Source: an uncultured archaeon (GTDB lineage: Archaea; Iainarchaeota; Iainarchaeia; Iainarchaeales; DTGL01). Taken from it: a stretch of DNA of 37,346 bases. A program made the translations under genes and the position numbers. Positions 8,019-18,075 of this stretch are shown here, piece by piece (within the stretch, counting starts at the first letter, position 1; the number at the start of each line of letters is the position of its first letter). The stretch lies in contig CAZKED010000010.1 in assembly GCA_964551725.1 (NCBI GenBank), forward strand, positions 1 through 37,346, written 5' to 3'. Below the pieces are notes generated by a model. The model saw only the letters and a list, made by a program, of their open reading frames with translations. It had not been told where the DNA came from and did not search any database.

Positions 8019-9515
8019 TTGCCTAGGCTGAGAGGCGGGAACAAGAGAGAACAGCATCGCAAAAAGAAGCCTAAAGACGGAATTCCGGATAAAGCGAGAA
8101 CTCAAACTGACGGCTGGTTTATTCAACCTACTTCAACTCCAAAACCAGTGAAACCAGCAGAACCCAAACCGGGGCCAAGGCGCGAAAGAGACTCAATTTT
8201 TGGAGGACGGCATTATTACGGCTATGATGTTAAGAGGCAAGTCGCCAGCGCTCTTGAAGAAAGAATTGAAGCACTCCATCAAATGGGGCACACTCCTGAA
8301 GCCTTCCTTGAAGCAAAAAATATTGAAAGAGCATTGGAAACCGCTGATGAGAAAGGCGCTTTGCCGCTTTTTGGCAGCATGGGCCTCAAGCGAAGGTTTG
8401 ATGAATTTCGCCATGATGAAATTGCCAAACTTCATTCGGAAGCAATGGAATTAAACGCTAAATCTAACTTGCCTGATTTTAGGAGAAGGGTTTCACTTGC
8501 ATTGAAAGAGGGCCGCATTGACCAGAGAAGAGCAATGGCAATGGTTGAAATCAGTTTAAAATTTGACGCCGGGGACATGGAAACCTACACTGGCTTGAAT
8601 CGAGCCACTAGAATACTGCAAAACGAAATAAGCCGAGGAATAATTGATAAGGCCACTGGAAAAACACTGTTAACCGCTTTTGAAGAAAGAAAGGAAAAAC
8701 GCAGGAAAACCCTTGTCCGTGAATCAAAGCACAAAAGCGCGGTTGAAGGCGAACTCCGCAGGAGAAGGGAACGGGAGAGAACTCGGCAGCCCAGGCCTGG
8801 AGTGCCAACCTTTGAACTGCGAGTTGAAGAGTTAAGTGGTGAAATTGAAGCCAAAGCGTGGGAAATTTCCAACAGGGCACGAGCTGATGGAAGACCAAGA
8901 AGTGCTTTTAGTTGCCGGGCTGAAGTTTACAGGGAATACCTTGTTGAAGACGGCCATGGCTATGAGGTTTTGTTTGATGCTTATATGAAAAGCGCTCAAA
9001 AAACCCTCAAAAGAGTGGATCCAAGAAAGAGGTCTGATGTTGAGGCATCGCTTGCATGGAACAAATTCCACAACAGAATGGAACGGCTTGGGCAGCGCTA
9101 CGGCCGTGAAAACATGGATGCGCTTATTAGATTGGTGTCAAACGCGGAAAGAAGTTATAGGACAGACCTTCTCGGATTCAGTTTAAGGACTAAAAAGGTA
9201 TGGGGAATGACAATTCCCGGCATAGTAATTGAAATAAACAAACCTGAAGGATTCGGTGGCGGAAACATAAAGAAAATATTATTGGGCATTGAGGAAATGG
9301 AAGACGGAAAAATTACTCAGGCTGGAAGCTCTGAAAAATTCGGCGTTAGGAGAAGAAAGAGAAAATCCAGAAGAAGGCGCTCTTGGGACGAACCAATAGA
9401 AGAAAAACCAAAAACCATTGAAGAAATGGAAAGAGCCGACATAGAACACTCATACGACCTGGACTCCGCAATGCACGACCTAAACGCCCTAATTGAAAAC
9501 AAACGCTATTATTAA
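8019..9515 (+). CDS. Hypothetical 498-aa Arg/Lys/Glu-rich protein
   Basis: Long ORF, TTG start after GTGGTGA RBS and TTTTTATT box; no recognisable domain. Confidence 0.75.
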   Translation: MPRLRGGNKREQHRKKKPKDGIPDKARTQTDGWFIQPTSTPKPVKPAEPKPGPRRERDSIFGGRHYYGYDVKRQVASALEERIEALHQMGHTPEAFLEAKNIERALETADEKGALPLFGSMGLKRRFDEFRHDEIAKLHSEAMELNAKSNLPDFRRRVSLALKEGRIDQRRAMAMVEISLKFDAGDMETYTGLNRATRILQNEISRGIIDKATGKTLLTAFEERKEKRRKTLVRESKHKSAVEGELRRRRERERTRQPRPGVPTFELRVEELSGEIEAKAWEISNRARADGRPRSAFSCRAEVYREYLVEDGHGYEVLFDAYMKSAQKTLKRVDPRKRSDVEASLAWNKFHNRMERLGQRYGRENMDALIRLVSNAERSYRTDLLGFSLRTKKVWGMTIPGIVIEINKPEGFGGGNIKKILLGIEEMEDGKITQAGSSEKFGVRRRKRKSRRRRSWDEPIEEKPKTIEEMERADIEHSYDLDSAMHDLNALIENKRYY

Positions 9516-10072
9516 TTTTTTTCTATTAACCATTCCGCCAGTTTTTCCGCCGCCTTTGCCCTGTGGGAAAACCTGTTTTTCTCCGAACGCGGAAGGGCGG
9601 AAACCGTACATTCCATTCCATCCGGAATAAAAATTTTCTCGTAAGGCAGAACATCCTTTTCAGGATTATTCACTTTCGTGTCTATTGTGCCGCGCAGCAC
9701 TCCGCGGAAAACGCGGAATTCCCTTCCATCGCGGGTGAAGCAGATCAATGTCTCAAAGCGCGCCCTGCGCGATTTTCCCTCAATTTTTTTCAGCAATCCT
9801 TCGAAGCCGATTTCCTCCCACACGCGCTTTGCCTGCGAGCCCGGAAAGTTATTGAATGCCTCGAAAAAAACCCCGGTGTCCTCGGAAATGAGCGGTTTGC
9901 CCAGGGCGCGGAAAGCCTGTCCCGCCTTCGCCCTCGCGGTTTCCTCAAGCGAAAGTTCCGGCTCTTCGAGCATTGACATTTTCTTCCAGTTGAGTGAAAT
10001 GCCGTGTTTTTTCAGAATGCCGGATATTTCCCCGAACTTGTGCCTGTTTCCCGAAACAAGGAAAAGCTCCAA
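9512..10072 (-). CDS. rdgB: Non-canonical purine NTP pyrophosphatase (RdgB/Ham1)
   Basis: SGN.HKF.EI, EDTG, FPG, KNRFSHRAKA. TTG 10072 after GAGGTGA. Confidence 0.9.
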   Translation of the reverse strand: MELFLVSGNRHKFGEISGILKKHGISLNWKKMSMLEEPELSLEETARAKAGQAFRALGKPLISEDTGVFFEAFNNFPGSQAKRVWEEIGFEGLLKKIEGKSRRARFETLICFTRDGREFRVFRGVLRGTIDTKVNNPEKDVLPYEKIFIPDGMECTVSALPRSEKNRFSHRAKAAEKLAEWLIEKN

Positions 10073-10152
10073 ATTTTCACCTCTCAAAAAGAGGAGGGAA
10101 AACAATTATATTCTTTATATTATTCATTTTAATATTAAAAAAGGCGGTTGGA

Positions 10153-10509
10153 ATGAAATACGTTATTTTGGCGTTGATTCTGGGAATGGTTCTACTCTCG
10201 GGATGCCCGCAGGCGGAAACAGGGAACAGCGGGACAGCGGCAAGCGCAAAAGAAACTGCAACACAGAAGTGCGAGATGCTGTGCAATGCCGCGCTGGCGC
10301 AGGGCGTTAACCTCGAAAACGGTCCGTGCCTCAGTTCTGGAAACTCGGACTGGAGTGTTCAGGACTGGGTGTGCGACATTGCCCATGAACCAAGGCAGGA
10401 AGTGGACAACTTAAAGGAAAACCAGTGCCCTGAATGGAGCGCCGAATCAAAAGGCTTTGTTGAATTCTCCCCGCAGTGTGAATTCATAAGGGCATACGGG
10501 AGAGAATAA
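10153..10509 (+). CDS. Cys-rich predicted lipoprotein
   Basis: MKYVILALILGMVLLSGC lipobox; six further Cys; GPCLS and WVCDIAH.PR motifs. Confidence 0.8.
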   Translation: MKYVILALILGMVLLSGCPQAETGNSGTAASAKETATQKCEMLCNAALAQGVNLENGPCLSSGNSDWSVQDWVCDIAHEPRQEVDNLKENQCPEWSAESKGFVEFSPQCEFIRAYGRE

Positions 10510-10521
10510 AGGGTTATTCCA

Positions 10522-13233
10522 ATGGAAAACTGGCATTCTATTACAATAAAAGAAGTGCTTGCAAGACTTGGCACGACAGCGCAGGGGCTGAGCGGGAAAG
10601 AAGCGGCAAAAAGACTTGAAAAATACGGAAAGAACGCGATTGAAAGCGAATCAAAAATAAGCGCAGTGAGAATATTTCTCAGCCAGTTCAGGGACTTCCT
10701 CATCCTCATACTTATCGCTGCAGCGATAATTTCCTATTTCATGAGCTTCCTCCCCGGGGAAGAAGGACACATTGTGGACACAATACTGATAGGAACAATA
10801 CTGGCGGCAAATGCGGTAATCGGATTCATCCAGGAATACCGCGCGGAAAAAGGACTCCTTGCCCTCAAAAAGCTCAGCGCGCCGAAAGCCAGGGTCATAC
10901 GCAACGGAACGGAACAGGAAATCGATTCAGAGGAAGTCGTGCCGGGGGACATCCTCGTGCTGGAACAGGGAGACAAAATTACTGCAGACTCGCGCATAAT
11001 TGAACAGGCAAACCTTGAAACGGACGAATCCGCCCTGACGGGGGAAAGCCTTCCCGTGGGAAAAACCGAGGCAGCCCTCGAGGAAAAAATCGCTCTCGCG
11101 GAAAAGAAAAACATGCTTTTCATGCAGACAATGGTGACAAGGGGAAGGGCGAGGGCGGTTGTAACCGCAACTGGAATGCGCACAGAACTGGGAAAAATAG
11201 CCGAACAGATTGCCGAGGCGGAACAGAAGCCAACTCCCTTTCAGGTCGAGCTTGACCGGCTGGGGAAACGGATCGGGGCGGGCATACTTATAATAATCTC
11301 TTTTGTTGCCGCGGTGCAAGCCCTGCTCATAGGCGGTTCAATTCTCAACATTTTCCTTACCGCTATTTCCCTTGCCGTGGCAGCGGTGCCGGAAGGACTG
11401 CCCGCAATCGTCACCCTTGCCCTTACCATAGGCGTGAGGAAAATGTCAAGGAAGAATGCACTTGCAAGAAAGCTGCCCGTTGCTGAAAGCCTGGGTTCGG
11501 TGAACACGATCTGCACCGACAAAACGGGAACGCTTACCGAAAACGTGATGACCGTGCGAAAAGTGTTCTTTGCAGGAAAGGAATTCAGCGTGAGCGGGGA
11601 AGGGCATTCGGTAAAAGGGGACTTCTCACTCCAAGGAAAAAAAGTTCCCGCAGAACAGTTGACCGAACTCCTTAAATGCGGAGTGCTCTGCAACGACGCA
11701 ACAATCGGCAGGGACAAAGGCGGAAAAAAGAAATATCTGGGCGACCCCACGGAAACAGCACTTCTCGTGGCAGCGGAAAAAGCGGGAATGGACATAAAAA
11801 TCGAGAGAGGAAAACGCCCCCGATACAACGAAGTGCCCTTCTCAAGCGAGAGGAAAATGATGACCGTCGCGTGCAGAAGCGAGGGAAAAAAATTCGCCTA
11901 CTCAAAGGGCGCGCCGGAAGTAATAATTGAAAAGTGCTCGCATGTTCTCCTTAACGGAAAAAAAGCCCGGCTGAGCGAAAAGGAAAAGAAAAAAATACTC
12001 TCAAAAAACGCAGAATTCGGGAAGCGTGCCCTCAGGGTGCTGGCTTTCGCTTACAAAGAGCTTTCGGGAAAGGAAACCGACACACAGTTCGAATCGGGAC
12101 TTGTTTTCCTCGGGATGCAGGGAATGCTCGACCCGCCGAGGAAAGGCGTGGGGGAAGCAATAAAGGAGTGCAGGGACGCCGGGATAAGAGTAATAATGGT
12201 GACAGGCGACAACATTAACACAGCAAAAGCAATCGGCGCAGAGTTGGGCTTTTCGGCGAAGAACGCGCTGACGGGGCTTGAAATTGAAGAGATGTCCGAC
12301 AAAAAGCTCGAATCAGCACTGCAAAAAACGGAAATATTCGCAAGGGTCAGCCCTTCGCACAAGGTGAGGATTCTTGAAACACTACAGGCAGAAGGAAAAA
12401 TAGTCGCAATGACGGGCGACGGCGTGAACGATGCGCCCGCACTGAAGAGAGCTGATGTGGGCGTGGCAATGGGAATCCGCGGAACAGACGTGGCGAAAGA
12501 AACGAGCGATTTGGTGCTTCTGGACGACAATTTTATAACGATAAGGGACGCCGTGGCGGAAGGCCGCGGCATATTCGACAACATAAGAAAATTCGTGAAT
12601 TACCTGCTTTCCTCAAACGTTGCGGAAGTGCTCGTGGTATTCGTTTTTACGATGCTCGCGCTGGAGTTCCGCTTCGGCGAAGGCGCAATAATACTCACCG
12701 CGGCACAGCTTCTCTGGATTAACCTGCTGACAGACGGGCTTCCGGCAGTGGCGCTCGGGCTGGACCCCAAGGCGGAGGGAATAATGAAGCGTTCCCCGCG
12801 AAAAAAAAGCGAGGGAATAATCGACGCAAGAATGATTTACTCGATTCTGGCGATAGGCACAGCAATGAGCGCGGTAATTCTCGCGGTTTTCCTGCACTCG
12901 TTTTTCTCTCTCGAGGGAGCGCCGGAACGCTTTGCCACAGCGCAGACAATGGCTTTCACCTGCTTTGTCGTGTTTGAAATGGTGAGAGTGCAGACCGTTA
13001 GAGCGTACTTCAACACAAGAATTTTCAGCAACAAGTGGCTGTGGATTGCTGTCCTTGCTTCCTTTTTGCTGCATCTCACAGTGCTCTATTCTCCACTCAG
13101 CGTTTTTTTCAGGGTTGTCCCCCTGGGAATGGGGCAATGGGGAAGCATTGCCCTCGGGGCAACTGCTTTTATTGCCTTAAGCCTCATAATAATTAAAATA
13201 GAGGAAAAAATCTTCGGGAGGATTGGAAATTGA
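10522..13233 (+). CDS. P-type ATPase, type IIA (Ca2+-transporting-like)
   Basis: TGES, PEGL, DKTGT, KGAPE, DPPR, GDGVND; M5 SSNVAE and M6 WINLLTDG. Confidence 0.95.
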   Translation: MENWHSITIKEVLARLGTTAQGLSGKEAAKRLEKYGKNAIESESKISAVRIFLSQFRDFLILILIAAAIISYFMSFLPGEEGHIVDTILIGTILAANAVIGFIQEYRAEKGLLALKKLSAPKARVIRNGTEQEIDSEEVVPGDILVLEQGDKITADSRIIEQANLETDESALTGESLPVGKTEAALEEKIALAEKKNMLFMQTMVTRGRARAVVTATGMRTELGKIAEQIAEAEQKPTPFQVELDRLGKRIGAGILIIISFVAAVQALLIGGSILNIFLTAISLAVAAVPEGLPAIVTLALTIGVRKMSRKNALARKLPVAESLGSVNTICTDKTGTLTENVMTVRKVFFAGKEFSVSGEGHSVKGDFSLQGKKVPAEQLTELLKCGVLCNDATIGRDKGGKKKYLGDPTETALLVAAEKAGMDIKIERGKRPRYNEVPFSSERKMMTVACRSEGKKFAYSKGAPEVIIEKCSHVLLNGKKARLSEKEKKKILSKNAEFGKRALRVLAFAYKELSGKETDTQFESGLVFLGMQGMLDPPRKGVGEAIKECRDAGIRVIMVTGDNINTAKAIGAELGFSAKNALTGLEIEEMSDKKLESALQKTEIFARVSPSHKVRILETLQAEGKIVAMTGDGVNDAPALKRADVGVAMGIRGTDVAKETSDLVLLDDNFITIRDAVAEGRGIFDNIRKFVNYLLSSNVAEVLVVFVFTMLALEFRFGEGAIILTAAQLLWINLLTDGLPAVALGLDPKAEGIMKRSPRKKSEGIIDARMIYSILAIGTAMSAVILAVFLHSFFSLEGAPERFATAQTMAFTCFVVFEMVRVQTVRAYFNTRIFSNKWLWIAVLASFLLHLTVLYSPLSVFFRVVPLGMGQWGSIALGATAFIALSLIIIKIEEKIFGRIGN

Positions 13234-14621
13234 AGAAGACAAAGATTCTCTGCACGATCGGACCTGCATCTGAAAAAGAGGGAACAATAAAAAAAATGGT
13301 TGAAGCCGGAATGGACGCCGCGAGAATAAACACGTCGCACGGCACTCTCGCGGAATACAGGGAAAAAATAAAGACAATCAGGAAAATTGCGAACATCCCA
13401 GTACTCATGGACACCAGCGGACCGCAGATAAGACTCGTGAGCAGGAAAAGAACCGAATTGAAAAAGGGCTCCACGGTCAAAGCCGGATTCTCCCCGAAAA
13501 AAAACCTCTTCTTCTCCAAAAATTTCTTCAGTGAAATCAAAACAGGAAAGCGCATCCTTCTCAGCGACGGGCTGGCTGAACTGAAAGTTGTAAAAAAAGA
13601 CCGCGGGAAAAAGGAACTGACGCTCAGGGCGCTTAATGGAATAACGCTCAAAGGGAACATGCACGCAAACATTCCCTCAGTCTACCTGGACATCCCCATC
13701 CTTTCAGCGAGGGACAAAAGGGCAATAAAGCTGGCTAAAAAAATGGACGTTGATTTCATCAGCCTTTCTTTCACCCGGAGAAAAGACGACGTAATAAAAG
13801 CGAGAAAACTGCTCAGGGGTTCAGGCGTTGGAGTGATTGCGAAAATAGAAAACAGCGAGGGAGTGCAGAAAATAGACAGCATTATTTCCGCGGCGGACGG
13901 AATAATGGTGGCCCGGGGGGACCTGGGAATGGAGATTCCCTCAGAGCGCGTTCCCCTTGTGCAGAAGGAAATAGTGAGAAAATGCAACCAGGCGGGAAAA
14001 ACGGCAATAATTGCAACACAGATGCTTGCCTCAATGGTCAGCTCGGCGCGCCCCACAAGAGCGGAAACAAGCGATGTAGCGAACGCAATACTTGACGGAG
14101 CGGACTGCATAATGCTCAGCAATGAAACCGCGGTTGGAAACTATCCCGTTAAAGCGGTGGAGGAAATGAAAAGAATTGCCCTTGAAACAGAGCCCTTCGT
14201 AAGGCACAGGGTGCAAAGCAGGAAACTTCACGGAATTCCCGACACGGTTTCAAAATCAATCTACGGCATATCAAAGCATCTGCCGGTTAAAAAAATAATT
14301 GCTATAACAAAAAGTGGCTTCACCGCAAAAATGATCTCAAGGTTCAAACCCAAGCAGGAAATAATAGCCGTAACGAACAACCCCTGCGTTGAAAGGAAAC
14401 TCAAAATCGTTTACGGCGTGAACCCGCTGCTGATGGAAAAAATCCCCGAAAAGAAAAAGATTGCAAGGGTCGCGGAAAAATGCCACAAAAAAGGCCTGCT
14501 CAAAAAGAACGAACTGGTGGCATTCACTGCCGGCATATACCTTGCGGAGGAGCCCTCAAGCAACGCAATACAGCTCCACAAAGTGAGCGATTTGCTGTCC
14601 CATGCAAGAAGGAGGCACTAA
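13230..14621 (+). CDS. pyk: Pyruvate kinase
   Basis: KTKILCTIGPAS, RINTSHG, IAKIEN, MVARGDLG, ATQML.SM, PTRAE.SDVANA.LDG.D. Confidence 0.96.
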   Translation: MKKTKILCTIGPASEKEGTIKKMVEAGMDAARINTSHGTLAEYREKIKTIRKIANIPVLMDTSGPQIRLVSRKRTELKKGSTVKAGFSPKKNLFFSKNFFSEIKTGKRILLSDGLAELKVVKKDRGKKELTLRALNGITLKGNMHANIPSVYLDIPILSARDKRAIKLAKKMDVDFISLSFTRRKDDVIKARKLLRGSGVGVIAKIENSEGVQKIDSIISAADGIMVARGDLGMEIPSERVPLVQKEIVRKCNQAGKTAIIATQMLASMVSSARPTRAETSDVANAILDGADCIMLSNETAVGNYPVKAVEEMKRIALETEPFVRHRVQSRKLHGIPDTVSKSIYGISKHLPVKKIIAITKSGFTAKMISRFKPKQEIIAVTNNPCVERKLKIVYGVNPLLMEKIPEKKKIARVAEKCHKKGLLKKNELVAFTAGIYLAEEPSSNAIQLHKVSDLLSHARRRH

Positions 14622-15137
14622 ATGGACTTCTTCGATGTGCTCCGCAAGCGCCGCTCCGTGAGGGCATTCAGCGGAAAACCGATAGAAAGGGAAAAATCCG
14701 CAAAACTGCTTGAAGCAATAAACAGCGCCCCGAGCGCGGGAAACCTCCAGGCATTCAGGGTTGCAAAGGTACGCAAAAAAGAAACAAGGAAAAAAATAGC
14801 AAGAGCCGCATTCGGGCAAAGCTTTGCGGCAGAAGCGCCCCTGGTTCTTGTTTTCCTCGCCTGCCCCGGAGAATCGGCAAAAAGGTACGGCGCACGCGGG
14901 GAAAAACTCTACAGCGTACAGGACGCAACAATTGCTGCAAGCTACGCACAGCTTTCCGCGACCGCCCTGGGGCTTTCCACAGTGTGGATCGGCGCATTCA
15001 ACGGGGAAGAAATAAAAAAAGCCCTCGGCGCTGGCGAAGAATTAACGCCTGTTGCGGTAATTCCCGTGGGATACGCCGCGGAATCCCCGGGAAAAGCGCC
15101 GCGGAAGGAACTGGACGAAATAATTATTGAAGAATGA
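14622..15137 (+). CDS. Nitroreductase-family flavoprotein
   Basis: RRSVR.F, APSAGNLQ, ALGLST.WIGAF, PVGY. Confidence 0.92.
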   Translation: MDFFDVLRKRRSVRAFSGKPIEREKSAKLLEAINSAPSAGNLQAFRVAKVRKKETRKKIARAAFGQSFAAEAPLVLVFLACPGESAKRYGARGEKLYSVQDATIAASYAQLSATALGLSTVWIGAFNGEEIKKALGAGEELTPVAVIPVGYAAESPGKAPRKELDEIIIEE

Positions 15138-15766
15138 CGGGGAAAAAACGTAAAATGAATTCCGGGAAAAAACTTTTCTGGCTCCTGATTGCCGCAAACA
15201 TCGCGGCAACAGCGTTCTCCACCTGGCATTATTACAGGTGGCAACTTGCTTACACTGCTTCGAAAAATTTTTTTCTCCTTCCCTTTGTGCCGGACTGCCC
15301 GCTCGCAACATTTTTCGTAATGGCAAGCCTGCTGCTCATTTACCATTTCAAAAAAAACATTAACTGGTTTTATTTCCTCGCCTTCTCTTTTGCGCTTAAG
15401 TCCGCCTTGTGGACGATAAGCACAAAGGCGCTCTTTTCGCCTTTCTCCTTTCTGGAAGCAAATTCGCTCATAATAATCGCCGCACATCTGGGCCTGCTCG
15501 CTGAATCCTTCCTTCTCGCGGGGAGACTCAAGGCAAGGCGAGCAATGTTTTTCATTCCGCTTCTGTGGCTTCTTTCAAACGATTTTTTTGACTACTTTCT
15601 GGGAACGCATCCGCCCGTTTACGCCGAAAACATCGCGGCAGTGCTTGCGCTTTCCCTTGTCCTGAGCGCGTTTTCCTTCGGTTTTTCGCTGGTCTGGGGG
15701 CATACAGCGGAAAAAGCGGGGAAGCAAATAGAAGATTTTTTTATGGGGGTTTTCGGGGAGAAATAA
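15134..15766 (+). CDS. DUF1405-like membrane protein
   Basis: PFVPDCP, ND.FDYFLGTHP and multiple TMs; start may be ATG 15155. Confidence 0.75.
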   Translation: MTGKKRKMNSGKKLFWLLIAANIAATAFSTWHYYRWQLAYTASKNFFLLPFVPDCPLATFFVMASLLLIYHFKKNINWFYFLAFSFALKSALWTISTKALFSPFSFLEANSLIIIAAHLGLLAESFLLAGRLKARRAMFFIPLLWLLSNDFFDYFLGTHPPVYAENIAAVLALSLVLSAFSFGFSLVWGHTAEKAGKQIEDFFMGVFGEK

Positions 15767-15772
15767 GAAAAC

Positions 15773-15801
15773 GCAGCGCCAAGAAGAAAAAGAGGCGCTG
15801 C
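15773..15801. terminator. Inverted repeat GCAGCGCC-N13-GGCGCTGC between convergent genes
   Basis: 8-bp perfect stem between the DUF1405 stop and the poly-Lys gene stop. Confidence 0.45.
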
Positions 15802-15823
15802 AACAATTAATGTTTTTCAGCCT

Positions 15824-15931
15824 TTACTTTCTTTTCTTTTTTTTCTTTTTCTTCTTGGTCTTTTTCTTTTTCTTGGTCTTCTTTTTCTTCTTGGTTTTCT
15901 TCTTTTTCTTTTTCTTCTTTTTCTTTGCCAT
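15824..15931 (-). CDS. 35-aa poly-lysine microprotein MA-K10-T-K5-T-K5-T-K8-RK
   Basis: Hand-translated. ATG after GAGGTGA RBS (15944-15938); AAA/AAG alternate in one frame; upstream TTAAATA box near 16064-16058. Confidence 0.8.
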   Translation of the reverse strand: MAKKKKKKKKKKTKKKKKTKKKKKTKKKKKKKKRK

Positions 15932-16206
15932 CCTTTTTCACCTCGCTTTTATTACAATGGAACAGTTCGCAACCACTGCAAACGAGCAAAGCACTCCCAA
16001 CACTTTATTCCAACCATTCCACACGAATGAAATTTCAATATTAATAAGCAAAGGTAGTATTTAATTGTTGCGTTTGTAAAAAAACTGAAAATTTTATTGG
16101 AAAAAATTTGTTTTTCAATTTTTGTTTTTTGGAGAGAACAAAAAAACTTTTTCAAAAAAAACGCGGAAAAGTTTTTCGGAAAAAAAACGCTTGAAAAAAA
16201 CGGACG

Positions 16207-17355
16207 CTATTCCGCACGCAGCACTTCGATTGGATCCACGCGTGAAGCCATCCACGCCGGGTAAATCCCCGCAGCAAGGCTTATGAGCAAGGCGAAGGAA
16301 AATGCCTCTCCCAGAAGCAGAGGCGAAACCAGTACAGGGAAGCCCACGATTTCACCGAGGACCAACGCACCCCACCAGCCAACGCCCATCCCAATAATGC
16401 CGCCGATTGCACCGAGAAAAACGGATTCGTAAATAATAACGCGCATAATGTTTGCGTCAGTCCAGCCCGTTGCCTTGAGTGCGCCTATTTCCTTGAACCT
16501 TTCCATCACGCTCATCAGCATTGTGTTGATTATGCCCACGCCGGCAACGAGTGCGGAGAGTCCCGCTACAGCCAGCACCAACAGCCGCGCGCTGTCGAGC
16601 ACTCCGGCAAGCGCTTCCCCGAACTGCGAGGAACTTATCGCGTTGAGTTCATCCGGGAACTTGAATTCAATGAGTTTTGTCGCTCTTTCGGCATCCTCCG
16701 GATTCACCAGTTCCACGCTGAAATAAGCCACCTTGTCGCCGGGAAAGCCGGTCAGGTCGCGCAGGTCGTCAATGTCCATGAGTATTGCCGAATTGATCAT
16801 TGCCGAGCCCGCGTCATATACTCCGACAATGTCAAATCTCTCGCCGTCTATTTTAATAGTGCCCCCCAAAAATTTCTTGTAGTCTTCCTCTATCACTTCG
16901 CCTATAATGACCTTTCCCTTTTCTCCTCTTTTCAGACTCCTTCCCTTCGTCACTTCGCCGCTGACGCCCGAAACCTTGTCCGTGTCGCCTGCAAACTCTG
17001 TCCCTATAAGCCTTACCATTCCCCCCAGCAAATTGTCCCCGCTGATTCCGAGGTCTTCCCCGTCAATGGATTTCGCCAGTTCCATTACCACGGGGGAAGC
17101 GGTTTTGACGCCCTGGATTGATTCAAGGTCGTTCCTGTAATCCTCGTCCATCACGGAATAAAAGGGTCCCGCGCCTCCTTTCTGGAAGACCATTATTCCC
17201 TGAATCTGGCCCACCGAACCGAGTATGTTCTGCGAGAGCCCGTCCACAACGGAAACCAGTGCTATTATCGACGCCACGCCTATGATTATGCCGGCAAGGG
17301 AAAGCGAAGTCCGGCTTTTTCTCCTCCAAAGATTCTGGAACGAAATTTTGAGCAA
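16207..17355 (-). CDS. ABC transporter permease, MacB/LolE/FtsX family
   Basis: RRKSRT.L...GIIIGV, GIINTMLMSVMER.KEIG.LKA.G, YPA..AS..DPIE.LR. Confidence 0.92.
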   Translation of the reverse strand: MLKISFQNLWRRKSRTSLSLAGIIIGVASIIALVSVVDGLSQNILGSVGQIQGIMVFQKGGAGPFYSVMDEDYRNDLESIQGVKTASPVVMELAKSIDGEDLGISGDNLLGGMVRLIGTEFAGDTDKVSGVSGEVTKGRSLKRGEKGKVIIGEVIEEDYKKFLGGTIKIDGERFDIVGVYDAGSAMINSAILMDIDDLRDLTGFPGDKVAYFSVELVNPEDAERATKLIEFKFPDELNAISSSQFGEALAGVLDSARLLVLAVAGLSALVAGVGIINTMLMSVMERFKEIGALKATGWTDANIMRVIIYESVFLGAIGGIIGMGVGWWGALVLGEIVGFPVLVSPLLLGEAFSFALLISLAAGIYPAWMASRVDPIEVLRAE

Positions 17356-18075
17356 TCAAACACCTTTTCCCTTTTTGGACGTCCTCGCCCTGCCTCTTGA
17401 AACGGATTCAATGAGCCCGTCTCTCAGGTAGATTCTTTTCGACGCATAGTCAAGCAGGGAAGTGTCATGAGTTACAATCACAAAGGTTTTCCCTCCCTCC
17501 CGGTTAAGCTTCCTCATCATGTCCACTATTGCCTTGCCCGTTTTTGTGTCAAGGTTGCCCGTTGGCTCGTCGGCAAAAATTATTTCGGGGTCGTTTATGA
17601 GAGCCCTGCATATGGAAACGCGCTGCCTTTCCCCCCCGCTCATTTCAGTTGGCTTATGCCTCATTCTTTCGCCAAGCCCCATCAGTCTCAGGAGACCGAC
17701 CGCCTTCTTTATGGCCAGTTCCTTGGGAACGCTTGTGGGCTCAAGCGGGATGATGACGTTCTCAATCGCATTGAGCGTGGGAATCAAATTGAACGACTGG
17801 AACACAAAACCTATTTTATTCCTGCGTATCATGTCCAGATGCCACTCGTCCAGTTTTGTTATGTTCTTCCCGTCCAATATGACCTCGCCCGAGGAAGGCC
17901 TGTCAAGCGCGCCCAGTATGTGCATGAGAGTGCTTTTCCCCGAGCCGCTCGGCCCCACTATTACGGTAAAATCCCCCTCCTCGATCTTAATCGACACGCC
18001 GCGCAAAGCCTCCACTTTAACAGAACCCATCATGTAAAACTTGGCTACATTCCTCGCCTCAATCAATTCAAACAC
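17356..18075 (-). CDS. ABC transporter ATP-binding protein, LolD/MacB family
   Basis: GPSGSGKST, GFVFQSFNL, SGGERQRV, ADEPTGNLD, VTHD. Confidence 0.95.
   Translation of the reverse strand: MFELIEARNVAKFYMMGSVKVEALRGVSIKIEEGDFTVIVGPSGSGKSTLMHILGALDRPSSGEVILDGKNITKLDEWHLDMIRRNKIGFVFQSFNLIPTLNAIENVIIPLEPTSVPKELAIKKAVGLLRLMGLGERMRHKPTEMSGGERQRVSICRALINDPEIIFADEPTGNLDTKTGKAIVDMMRKLNREGGKTFVIVTHDTSLLDYASKRIYLRDGLIESVSRGRARTSKKGKGV

Noticed and set aside
15807-16064. Track ORFs 15807..15989 (-, KE-rich) and 15810..16064 (+, poly-Phe)
   Set aside because: They are alternative frames of the poly-Lys tract; only the 15824..15931 frame has an RBS-ATG and synonymous third-position variation.
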